From an uncultured Candidatus Bathyarchaeia archaeon (GTDB lineage: Archaea > Thermoproteota > Bathyarchaeia > 40CM-2-53-6): 64,000 bases of DNA. The notes under the pieces are model-generated. The model searched no databases and was not told the origin of the DNA. It saw only the letters and a list, made by a program, of their open reading frames with translations. Within the stretch, counting starts at the first letter, position 1, and every line of letters begins with the position of its first letter. This document shows positions 55,781 to 64,000 of the stretch, one piece after another. Location: contig CAZLHM010000001.1 in NCBI GenBank assembly GCA_964559555.1, forward strand, positions 49,230 to 113,229, written 5' to 3'. The translations under genes and the position numbers were made by a program.

Positions 55781-56797
55781 CTATGAACCAGAGGCAACGC
55801 TCGCTTTGACAATCCGCGAGGCTTCAACCATGTTCTTCAGCTTCTTCAGGGCGATGTTGTAGGCTCCTGGCATACCCTGCAAAGCGCCAAACCCGCAATC
55901 CGGCTTCACTACTATCCGAGACCCAAACGCCTTCAGAGCTTCCCCCAGCGAGTTGGAGATTTCTTCAACTGTCTCAACTTCCGGATGTACTGTGGATACG
56001 CAGCCGTACGCAACATACTTCTCGGCCCGTTCGAGTTCCTCTCTGCTGTATGCGTGAAGGTTGCTGGGCGATCTGGCGAACTCGTGATCCACTACGTCAA
56101 CCTCACTTTCAAGTAGGACTTTCTTGACCAGTGGTGTGATTCTACCACACACATGAATTGCTGATAGGCACGATATCTCCCTGATCAGCGTGTTCAGCGT
56201 TTCAACGACGAACCGGTAGTCGTACTTGAACAGGATTGTCCGCCCGAGCATGACTGACAGGAACGGTTCGTCCACGTTGACAAGATCAAAACCAAGCCCG
56301 CTTAGGCGTTTGCATGATCTACTGAGGATGTGAGCTAGCCCTGTCACAACGTTTGGTTTCGATGCACCGCACCTCAGCAAGTCCTTTCTGTCAAGACAGC
56401 TCGCCAGTGTGAAGGGGCCTGTGACACAGGCTTTAGTCCCCTTCACCTTCTGTGTCAGTCCACGTTCTCTAAGGAAGCCCAAGTAATACTCAGCTCGTTC
56501 GACCCCTATCGTGGTGGATGTCTCAGTGATATCATCTGAGACGAGACTTGCCTCTTCGCCCTTGATCTGGATAGTCGGAATCGCTTTCGACAGCGGTATG
56601 AGAAACTGTAGGACCATGTTCATCGGTCTCGAAGCAGAGCCTAGAAGCTGTGGATAGCACGGGTAGTCTAGGCCCACTGAAACTTTGTCAATTATCGCTT
56701 GGTCTATGTTTGCTCGGTTCTCATCAAAGTCATCTTGAATCGGTAGACTGCCGGCATCCTCTGTTGCTAACACAAATTCCTCGAACTGTTTCTTCAA
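55781..56797 (-). CDS. Cobalamin-independent methionine synthase-like protein (archaeal short MetE / UROD-fold methyltransferase)
   Basis: 338 aa with candidate zinc ligands IHVCG ... PDCGFG near the C-terminus, as in MetE C-terminal domain homologs. Confidence 0.5.
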   Translation of the reverse strand: MKKQFEEFVLATEDAGSLPIQDDFDENRANIDQAIIDKVSVGLDYPCYPQLLGSASRPMNMVLQFLIPLSKAIPTIQIKGEEASLVSDDITETSTTIGVERAEYYLGFLRERGLTQKVKGTKACVTGPFTLASCLDRKDLLRCGASKPNVVTGLAHILSRSCKRLSGLGFDLVNVDEPFLSVMLGRTILFKYDYRFVVETLNTLIREISCLSAIHVCGRITPLVKKVLLESEVDVVDHEFARSPSNLHAYSREELERAEKYVAYGCVSTVHPEVETVEEISNSLGEALKAFGSRIVVKPDCGFGALQGMPGAYNIALKKLKNMVEASRIVKASVASGS

Positions 56798-56931
56798 GGG
56801 GCTTCACGTCATCCGAGGCAGCCGAGAGCACTGAAGGGAGGATAGAGTGTGGGTACCGCGCCTCCTAAAGATCGTTCGGTGACTTGTGATTTGTTACACT
56901 CTGAGGGACTTGTCGCGTCCTCTCTTAGGGG

Positions 56932-58788
56932 CTAGCCATAGAGTCTTGCAGCCGCTTCGATCAATCCGAGCTGGTTGAGCTTCTCTCTTGTCGGTCTCCC
57001 TTCCCTGTCCCAACCTCTCTTACGATAGTACGTCTGAAGCATGTTGGCAAATCTCTCTCTGTCGAGTTTCACACCTGCGGTCTTTCCGGTTGGCACAGGG
57101 TCGACGAAGTCCCTCTCAGGGGGCTGGTCATCCTTTGACGATATACCCTTCCTCAGGACCGCCATCGCTCGCGTCAAGTTCCAAACCCGCTCTGACCGCT
57201 TCAGCAAATCCTCAAGCGTAAACTGCCTTCCTGTTACAGCTGAGTAGGCCTCCGCGTACAGGTTAGGATCCATGCCCAGTTCGACCCAGTGGAACCTGCA
57301 GACGCCGAGCATGTCGAAGAGCGGTCGCAAGTGTTGGAGGTAGATGACATGGTCGACCTTGTCCTCACCGTAGCTGTCTCGGCCGACCTTCAGATCGTAT
57401 GTGATTGCCCAAGAACGGTTATGGTGGGCTCCAATATCCGTGGTTGCATAGGAAAGTGCCATGGCTGGAGCTGCTCTGTGGTCGTACCCTGAGATCTCCA
57501 AACCCTTAACCTGCATCGCGAACCTCAGCGAACCTTTCCCGATCTTCTGAGCCAACGCCCTCACGCCACTAGCCATCGCGTCGCCGAAACCTCTCCGCTG
57601 GGCGATCATCGTCAGAAACCGGAGCAAGGAGGTGAGGTCTCCAAACTTTGGCTCGAATCCGAGCTGACGTTTCGTCACTAGCCCACGCTGGTATGCCTCC
57701 ATGACAAACGCGACCATGCTGCCAGCGCTGATCGTATCCAGCCCCAGCTCGTCCGCAACGTAGTTTGCGCGGACCACGTGGCTCATGCTTGAGAGCCCGA
57801 CGTTGGCTCCAAGCAGGGCTGCGTTCTCATACTCCACACCAATCTCGATCTCATGACCGGCCTCGTCTTTCACTCGGCTCACGTGCTCGCATGGGACACA
57901 GCAATTCGAACATGCTCTGCTCATGACCTTCGTCTCCTTCTCCATGGCGTCGCCTCCGATCTTGTTCGCATTTTCGAACTGGGTCCTCTGAAAGTTGAGC
58001 GTCGGCAATGCCTCGACCTCGTTTGCCCATTCAATGACACTCATCGTGCCCTGACGCACCCATGTCTTGTAGACTGGGCTGTGGGTGATGATGTCAAGCG
58101 ATTTCTTGTAGACCTCAGCCAAACGATCCGGATATGCTACCACGACATCTCTTGACCCCTTCGCGACGATTGCCTTCAGCCGCTTGGATCCCATCACTGC
58201 GCCAGTTCCGGTCCGCCCGGCTTGGGCGTGTCGAGTCTTGGTACGATCCCAGTCAACGTTCACGCAAGCGAAAGCAACCAGGTTCTCGCCTGCGATGCCT
58301 ATGCTTGCGACTGAAACGTCTTCACCGTGTTTTTCGACTAAGAGATGGTCTACGTCACGCGAGCTCTTACGCCACAGATCCTTCGCATCATTGATCGCAA
58401 TCTCTCCATCGATTGCAGACAAGTAAACAGGGGTTCTTGATGCGCCACTAATGATGAGCGCGTCAAAACCTGCCTTCTTCATCCTGTGCCCGAAGAATCC
58501 TCCGACGTTGCTGTCGCCGTAGATGCCTGTCTGTGGGCTTATGGAAGCGAAGGTGGTCTTGGATCCTCCGGGGAAGTTAGGTACCGTGAGCGGCCCAGCC
58601 GCCACAACAAGCACGTTCTTCGGGTCAAGCGGTTTCGTCTTGACGGAGATCCTCTCAAAGATAATTGATGCGGCCCAGCCTCGCCCTCCCAAGTATTCGT
58701 ACGCAAGCTTCTCGTTCACATCTCTCGTCGCGATCTTGCGTGAGGCAAGGTCTATTTCGGCGATCTTCGAGTAACCCATGAGCGGCAA
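56932..58788 (-). CDS. Aldehyde:ferredoxin oxidoreductase family protein (second tungsten AOR paralog)
   Basis: 618 aa with AOR N-domain MGYSKIAEIDLASRKIATRDV, a Cys cluster CSNCCVPCEH, and ~35% identity by eye to the AOR at 1997-3814. Confidence 0.85.
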   Translation of the reverse strand: MPLMGYSKIAEIDLASRKIATRDVNEKLAYEYLGGRGWAASIIFERISVKTKPLDPKNVLVVAAGPLTVPNFPGGSKTTFASISPQTGIYGDSNVGGFFGHRMKKAGFDALIISGASRTPVYLSAIDGEIAINDAKDLWRKSSRDVDHLLVEKHGEDVSVASIGIAGENLVAFACVNVDWDRTKTRHAQAGRTGTGAVMGSKRLKAIVAKGSRDVVVAYPDRLAEVYKKSLDIITHSPVYKTWVRQGTMSVIEWANEVEALPTLNFQRTQFENANKIGGDAMEKETKVMSRACSNCCVPCEHVSRVKDEAGHEIEIGVEYENAALLGANVGLSSMSHVVRANYVADELGLDTISAGSMVAFVMEAYQRGLVTKRQLGFEPKFGDLTSLLRFLTMIAQRRGFGDAMASGVRALAQKIGKGSLRFAMQVKGLEISGYDHRAAPAMALSYATTDIGAHHNRSWAITYDLKVGRDSYGEDKVDHVIYLQHLRPLFDMLGVCRFHWVELGMDPNLYAEAYSAVTGRQFTLEDLLKRSERVWNLTRAMAVLRKGISSKDDQPPERDFVDPVPTGKTAGVKLDRERFANMLQTYYRKRGWDREGRPTREKLNQLGLIEAAARLYG

Positions 58789-59009
58789 ATCAGAAAACCC
58801 CTAACAGTACGTCTCTCTGCTGCGAACGCTATCGAGTTGGTGCGAATTTAAGCCGCTTGCTTATACTTTTCAGTTAGGACGAAGCCCACTCGGATATTCC
58901 GGGCAATCATGCTCAAGACTCGCGGCGGCACGATCCTCGTTGTCTAGCGAAAATCAAAATCCTTAAGATTCCACTCGTATTCCGGTAGTTCAAGTCGAGT
59001 CTGAAATCG

Positions 59010-59495
59010 ATGTCATCAGGAGAAGAGCAGCCACCGGCTGCAGCGAACGTCAAGGTCGAGAGCCTTGACCCAGAATCTAGGCAAGTGAACGTAACCGTGA
59101 AGGTGGTCTCAAAGGGCCAGCCTCGTGAGACGACTTCTCGTAGAGACGGCGGGACACACCGCGTGGTAGACGCCCTCGTAGGAGACGAGACCGGCTCGAT
59201 CTACCTCACGCTATGGGATGACAATATTGACAAGGTGAACGAGGGCGAGACAAAAAACATCAAGAATGGTTACATCTCGCTCTTCCGAGGATCGATGCGG
59301 CTGAACATAGGCCGTTACGGTTCCATGGAAGCAAGCGACCGATCAATCGAGAACGTCAACACAGACAATAATCTGTCCAGCAAGGAGTTCCCCGAGAGAC
59401 GCAGGTACCCCAGCTTCAGACCTAGATATCGGGACGAGGGCTACGGCAGAGGACGAGGCAGAGGATACGGCCGCGGCCGCAGAGGAAGATACTAG
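59010..59495 (+). CDS. OB-fold single-stranded nucleic-acid-binding protein with RG/RGG-rich C-terminal tail (SSB-like)
   Basis: A central OB-fold-like segment (VDALVGDETGSIYLTLWDDNIDKVNEGETKNIKNGYISLFRGSMRLNIG) and a tail GYGRGRGRGYGRGRRGRY. Confidence 0.55.
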   Translation: MSSGEEQPPAAANVKVESLDPESRQVNVTVKVVSKGQPRETTSRRDGGTHRVVDALVGDETGSIYLTLWDDNIDKVNEGETKNIKNGYISLFRGSMRLNIGRYGSMEASDRSIENVNTDNNLSSKEFPERRRYPSFRPRYRDEGYGRGRGRGYGRGRRGRY

Positions 59496-59610
59496 AACAG
59501 CACGCTCCAAGTTCTAACCGAGAACTTTGAGTTGCTTCACGCAATAGCGTGAGCTCCGCCTCTTCGCCCGCAGGCTTTCCAAAACGTCGGGTCGACTTCG
59601 TTAGCCTTAA

Positions 59611-61071
59611 ATGAAGTCCTTCTCTGCTCACACGGCGGTCCGCCTTATGGAAGACTTGGTTCATTACCTAGTCGAGTTTGCTTCCGCAAAGGGAGTCGAT
59701 TACGCTGAGGCAAGACTTCATGTCGATGCAGGAAGTGGGGTTACTCTCAACAACGGAATACCAGAGCCGATCCAGCTTGCCAAAGTGAAAGGTATCGGAA
59801 TCAGACTCCTCATCGATGGCGCGATGAGCTTCGCCTCAACGAACGATCTCTCCAAGGAATCGTTGCGTGAGACTGCTGAACATGCATACAGAACCGCCAA
59901 AGCCTCAAAGAGACTCGTAGGAAGCCCGATCCGACTATCGCAAGAGAAATCAGAGGAGGCTCGTTGGGAAGCTAAGGCCCAGCGACCCGTTCAAGATGTT
60001 CCGATTGAGGAGAAGTTCGCGCTCCTCGAGGAGATAGAGAAGAACCTTCGGCCTGACATCGTGAAGGTGGGTTTGCCTTCGCGAACGCTAGTTCTATTTG
60101 ACGACCTCAGCGAACGATACTTCGCCAACACTGAAGGCGCAAGGATACGCGGGATCGTGTCTAGGATCGGAATCCTATACGTGCTTACTGCGAGCGAGCC
60201 TGGCAAGGGGACGGTTCAACGAATCGGACAGCACGGAGAGACTGGAGGATGGGAACGACTGGACGCATGGAACGCTCCGAGACTGGTCTCCGAAGAAGCG
60301 TCAACTCTCGGGAAGGTGCTTCGTGAAGGAAAGCACGCGCCAAGAGAGGAGCTGGACCTCGTTCTTGGACAAGAGGTCACAGGAATCATCTGCCACGAAT
60401 CATGCGGACACCCACAGGAAGCGGACAGAATTCTAGGCAGAGAGGCGGCACAGGCAGGAGAGTCCTACCTGAAACCCGACATGATCGGCTACCGAGTGGG
60501 AACTGAGGCTGTTACTATAGTCGATGACCCGACCATCCCGAACTCGAATGGGTTCTACCTTTACGATGAGGAAGGTGTCAAGGCAAGAAGACGGACGCTG
60601 ATTAAGGAGGGAGTTATCGCAGATTTTCTCTACAACCGCGAGACTGCCGCCGAACTCGGAGTCAACAGCAACGGGGCTGCAAGAGCGGTCAGTTATGATA
60701 GAGAACCTATCATCCGAATGGCGAACACGTTCATGCTTCCGGGCAATTACACCGACGAAGAACTGATTGAAGATGTGAAGAATGGCGTATTCATCAAGAC
60801 CTTCATGGAATGGAATATCGACGACAGAAGATATAATCAGAGATACGTTGGTCTCGAAGCGTACCTGATCGAGAAGGGAGAGATCTCCACTCCCGTGACA
60901 AGCCCTGTACTGGAAATCACGACGCCAGGACTCTACGGCAGTGTTGACGCCGTGGGGAGAGATGTCCGGTTCGAGGCGGCCACTTGTGGGAAAGGGGAAC
61001 CCGATCAGGGAGCCCCGGTGTGGCACGGTGGACCGGCCATGCGCCTGAAACGCGTCAAGTTGGGAGGCTAG
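59611..61071 (+). CDS. tldD: TldD family metalloprotease
   Basis: 486 aa with an HExxxH-type HESCGH motif and the PmbA_TldD fold. Confidence 0.85.
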   Translation: MKSFSAHTAVRLMEDLVHYLVEFASAKGVDYAEARLHVDAGSGVTLNNGIPEPIQLAKVKGIGIRLLIDGAMSFASTNDLSKESLRETAEHAYRTAKASKRLVGSPIRLSQEKSEEARWEAKAQRPVQDVPIEEKFALLEEIEKNLRPDIVKVGLPSRTLVLFDDLSERYFANTEGARIRGIVSRIGILYVLTASEPGKGTVQRIGQHGETGGWERLDAWNAPRLVSEEASTLGKVLREGKHAPREELDLVLGQEVTGIICHESCGHPQEADRILGREAAQAGESYLKPDMIGYRVGTEAVTIVDDPTIPNSNGFYLYDEEGVKARRRTLIKEGVIADFLYNRETAAELGVNSNGAARAVSYDREPIIRMANTFMLPGNYTDEELIEDVKNGVFIKTFMEWNIDDRRYNQRYVGLEAYLIEKGEISTPVTSPVLEITTPGLYGSVDAVGRDVRFEAATCGKGEPDQGAPVWHGGPAMRLKRVKLGG

Positions 61072-61075
61072 CACG

Positions 61076-62428
61076 GTGAATCCAGAACAGATCGTAACGG
61101 AAGCTGTCGACTATGGGATCAAGCTCGGCGCAGGTGAAGTAGCGGCGGCTGTAACGCACGAAAAGCGCAAGATGCTCCGTTTCGCAAACAACTCCATCAC
61201 GGTTGCTCAATCGTGGGATCAGATCGTTCCGACTGTGTACATGGTGTCGAAGCGAAAGCGCGCCGCTGCCCGCGTGGAAGACCCGAATGTTGACTCACTA
61301 AAGGAGGTCATGAAGTCACTCAAGGCTGTGATGGACATCTCCAAAGGAGGTGAGGTTGAGCCATCTTTGCCGAAAGGCCCATTCTCCTACACTCCTGTTC
61401 CTAAGACGTACGATGGTCGAATCCCACAAATGACCGCTGAACTTGTCGATGTTGTGGAAGAGACGATGAACTCAGCTCTCGCCGAGGGAGCGAAGCGAAC
61501 CTCGGGCACACTTGTCACAAGTGAATGGGAAAGATACGTGAAGACTTCCACTGGAGCCGAGGGCACTGACAAAGGTACGAACATCGATCTCACAGTAAGA
61601 GCCTTTCTCACCGACGATTCGAGTGGACAAGGGATCAGCTGTGCAACCCGGCTTGACGATTTCAATCCCAAGCTTGCAGGCACCACAGCCGGCAGAATCG
61701 CTAGCCAAGCCAAGAACCCCGTCTTCGGAGAGGAAGGAAGGTACAGAGTGCTTTTTGGTCCCACGATAATGGCGGACCTTCTCGGCAGAATAGCTGACTT
61801 CGCTTCCGCCTACTATGTCGACCTTGGTCTATCCTGTCTCGTTGGGAAGATTGGTCAGAAGGTAGCTTCTGAGAAGCTTACGATCGCTGACGACGGGCGC
61901 ATGGCTGGAGGGATAAACTCCTGCTCGCTGGATGAGGAGGGCTATCCGACTCAGCGGACAACAATCATCGATCACGGAATTCTCAACACGTACTTGCATA
62001 GCTCATACAGCGTAGCCAAGTATGGTGGAACGCTTACAGGCAGCGCCTTCTTTGTGGGCGGAACTTGGGGCATAGCACCCGTACCCATGAATGTCATCGT
62101 CGAGCCCGGAGACTGTCGTGAAGACCAACTCTTTGGGCAACTGGGAGACGGCTTGTACCTGACGAACAACTGGTACACCCGATTCCAAAACTATCAGACA
62201 GGGGACTTCTCGTCCATCTGCAGAGACGGCGCATTTCAGATAAAGAACGGCAAGATCGAACGACCACTGAAAGGCCTACGCATCAGCGACAACCTCCCTC
62301 GAATCCTGCAGTCTATCACGTCGCTCTCAACAGAACGAACGTGGATAAAGTGGTGGGAGGTCCCGACTCCTGTCTACGTTCCTCACGCTATCGTCGAGGA
62401 TATCGGGATCACTAGAGCCACCAAGTAG
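61076..62428 (+). CDS. tldE: TldE/PmbA family protein (partner of TldD)
   Basis: 450 aa, homologous to the preceding gene but lacking the HExxxH. Adjacent and co-oriented. Confidence 0.8.
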   Translation: MNPEQIVTEAVDYGIKLGAGEVAAAVTHEKRKMLRFANNSITVAQSWDQIVPTVYMVSKRKRAAARVEDPNVDSLKEVMKSLKAVMDISKGGEVEPSLPKGPFSYTPVPKTYDGRIPQMTAELVDVVEETMNSALAEGAKRTSGTLVTSEWERYVKTSTGAEGTDKGTNIDLTVRAFLTDDSSGQGISCATRLDDFNPKLAGTTAGRIASQAKNPVFGEEGRYRVLFGPTIMADLLGRIADFASAYYVDLGLSCLVGKIGQKVASEKLTIADDGRMAGGINSCSLDEEGYPTQRTTIIDHGILNTYLHSSYSVAKYGGTLTGSAFFVGGTWGIAPVPMNVIVEPGDCREDQLFGQLGDGLYLTNNWYTRFQNYQTGDFSSICRDGAFQIKNGKIERPLKGLRISDNLPRILQSITSLSTERTWIKWWEVPTPVYVPHAIVEDIGITRATK

Positions 62429-62555
62429 GAGGAACTGAATGCTGGGCTGTCAGAAGAACACTGATCTTTCAACCCGAAGCGACCATGGTTTCACCTAACA
62501 TCCAAGAGCCCGATCCGACATCTCCCATGTCTCGATCAGAAAAGGCCCGATCGAC

Positions 62556-63281
62556 GTGGAATTAGACGTGGCATCAACAACGCGTGATCGCTCGACAGTC
62601 ATGCTCATCATTCCAACATTGAACGAGGAGCAGGCAATACAATCAATCTTGGAGGAAGCATCGCAGATCTTTCGTTGGACTGTCGTTGTCGACGGTCATA
62701 GCGTTGACCGAACACGCGAGATTGCGCAATCACTGGGCACGACCGTGATCCTTCAGGAATTCGGACCTGGGAAGGGTTGCGGAATAAGGACCGGAATGAA
62801 GTTCTTTCTGTCGCAGGAGGCTGACATTCTGTGCATCATCGATGGTGATTGCACCAACATCCCGCGCGACCTGATTCCGTTAGTTGCGATTGTGAAGAAC
62901 GGAGAGGCCGACATCGCGATGGGATCAAGGATAACCGGAAAGAGAGAACGCGGAGCCATGGATCCAATTACGGTCGCCTCAAATCGCGTGGTCTCTTTCC
63001 TTCTTTCGGCCAGGTATGGTGGGAACTTCACCGATGTTCAGACGGGCTACTGGGTGTTCAGCAGAAACGCGATCGAACGTCTGCTTCCACACTTGCGCTC
63101 CACACGGTATGAGATCGAGCTAGAAGTCTTCTCGAAGGCCAAGTCATGCGGCCTGATACTCAGAGAGCTGCCCGTGGGATTCCGTAGGAGAGCAGGGCAG
63201 ACGAAATTCAGTTTCCGGCTGAGAATGAGAAGCCTCTATTTCGCCTTCAAGTACGTTCTGTCTCTCCATCCACTCGCGTGA
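62556..63281 (+). CDS. Family-2 glycosyltransferase (dolichyl-phosphate sugar synthase-like)
   Basis: N-terminal LIIPTLNEE and a DGD (DxD) motif in IIDGDCTNIPRDL. Confidence 0.75.
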   Translation: MELDVASTTRDRSTVMLIIPTLNEEQAIQSILEEASQIFRWTVVVDGHSVDRTREIAQSLGTTVILQEFGPGKGCGIRTGMKFFLSQEADILCIIDGDCTNIPRDLIPLVAIVKNGEADIAMGSRITGKRERGAMDPITVASNRVVSFLLSARYGGNFTDVQTGYWVFSRNAIERLLPHLRSTRYEIELEVFSKAKSCGLILRELPVGFRRRAGQTKFSFRLRMRSLYFAFKYVLSLHPLA

Positions 63282-63922
63282 TACGATCACCTTCCCAAGT
63301 TGAGGCAGAGATGCACAATCGATCGCGGGCTTCGACCTTGCCAAGGCCGCTCGGAAGATCCTTCTATGAAAGGGACACGGTCTTGGTAGCGAAGGAACTG
63401 CTTGGCCGGATTCTCGAAAGAAGACTCGGGACAGCCATACTGCAAGGCATCATCGTTGAGACTGAGGCTTACAGAGGAACAGATGATCCCGCCAGTCATG
63501 CATACAGAGGCTTGACGCCTCGAAACCGAGTGATGTTTGGGCCACCGGGTCACGCATACGTGTACTTCACCTACGGTATGCACCACTGTCTCAACGTGAC
63601 GACCGAGCCCACTGGTGAGCCGGGAGCAGTCCTGATCCGCGCAATTCAGCCAACCGTAGGCATTGCGAGGATGCAGAAAGAGCGTAGGAGGCAGAGAATC
63701 AAGGACCTCACAAATGGTCCGGCCAAACTTACTGAAGCGTTCTCAATCACTCGTGCCTTGAACGGTCACGACCTCACAGCAGGAGAAAGACTGTTTGTGA
63801 CAGAAACACACGATCCCCAACCGCTCGACATCGAGTCGAGCAGCAGAATCGGAGTTAGACTCGGCCTAGAAAGAGACTGGCGCTTCTTCGTCAAAGGGAA
63901 TCTCTTCGTATCGAGGCAATGA
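63278..63922 (+). CDS. mpg: DNA-3-methyladenine glycosylase (Mpg/AAG family)
   Basis: VAKELLGRIL, IVETEAYRGTDDPASHAYRG and YFTYGMHHCLNV, the AAG-family signatures. 4-nt overlap with the upstream GT2 gene. Confidence 0.8.
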   Translation: MIRSPSQVEAEMHNRSRASTLPRPLGRSFYERDTVLVAKELLGRILERRLGTAILQGIIVETEAYRGTDDPASHAYRGLTPRNRVMFGPPGHAYVYFTYGMHHCLNVTTEPTGEPGAVLIRAIQPTVGIARMQKERRRQRIKDLTNGPAKLTEAFSITRALNGHDLTAGERLFVTETHDPQPLDIESSSRIGVRLGLERDWRFFVKGNLFVSRQ

Positions 63923-64000
63923 GCCGCACCGCCACGCTGGTCAAGATTGGCGGCAGGATTTGGGCGGAGAATTCTCAAAAGGCGATTAGTGAAAAACGCG
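63920..64000 (+). CDS. Partial ORF (N-terminal 27 aa; possibly an amino-acid-kinase-fold protein), continues beyond the right edge
   Basis: MSRTATLVKIGGRIWAENSQKAISEKR. ATG overlaps the mpg stop (ATGA). The KIGG start is reminiscent of the AAK family. Very limited data. Confidence 0.25.

Noticed and set aside
1-64000. CRISPR arrays, rRNA genes, IS elements with inverted repeats or transposases, and integrases
   Set aside because: No regularly spaced short direct repeats, no rRNA-like conserved stretches and no transposase- or integrase-like ORFs were seen. The only repeat of note is the tRNA-derived direct repeat around the DarT-macro gene.

Overview
This 64-kb window is gene-dense archaeal chromosome of roughly 52% GC. 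The archaeal assignment rests on Lrp/AsnC and F420/LLM-type oxidoreductases, tungsten AOR paralogs, an RG-tailed OB-fold SSB, TATA-box promoters, and a tRNA-Leu with two non-canonical bulge-helix-bulge introns, which is typical of TACK/Thermoproteota-like lineages. Most genes are heterotrophic housekeeping or accessory functions: peptidases (M24 x2, DmpA-like, M81, TldD/TldE, a Lon-related protease), two aldehyde:ferredoxin oxidoreductases with a Wtp/Mod-type tungstate/molybdate ABC transporter, an ECF transporter, three class-III aminotransferases plus a methylmalonate-semialdehyde dehydrogenase, glycerol kinase / G3P dehydrogenase / lipase, PGK, an orphan E2 lipoyl-acyltransferase, Nramp, a LarA-like protein, a large PAS/GAF histidine kinase with response regulator, and DNA repair (Mpg). 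The stand-out feature is a single gene near 47.0-48.2 kb that fuses a DarT-like ssDNA ADP-ribosyltransferase domain (DUF4433, catalytic Glu retained) to a TARG1/DarG-like macro domain. It sits on a ~2-kb islet bounded by an imperfect 23-25-bp direct repeat of the 3' end of the adjacent tRNA-Leu(CAG) gene, with a DUF4258/DUF2283 toxin-antitoxin pair just outside. Other points: three tandem divergent TIGR04076-like paralogs, an apparent +1 frameshift at a C5 run in an aminotransferase, several genes whose conserved N-terminal motifs lie upstream of any canonical start codon, and decayed gene fragments. No rRNA or CRISPR array was seen.
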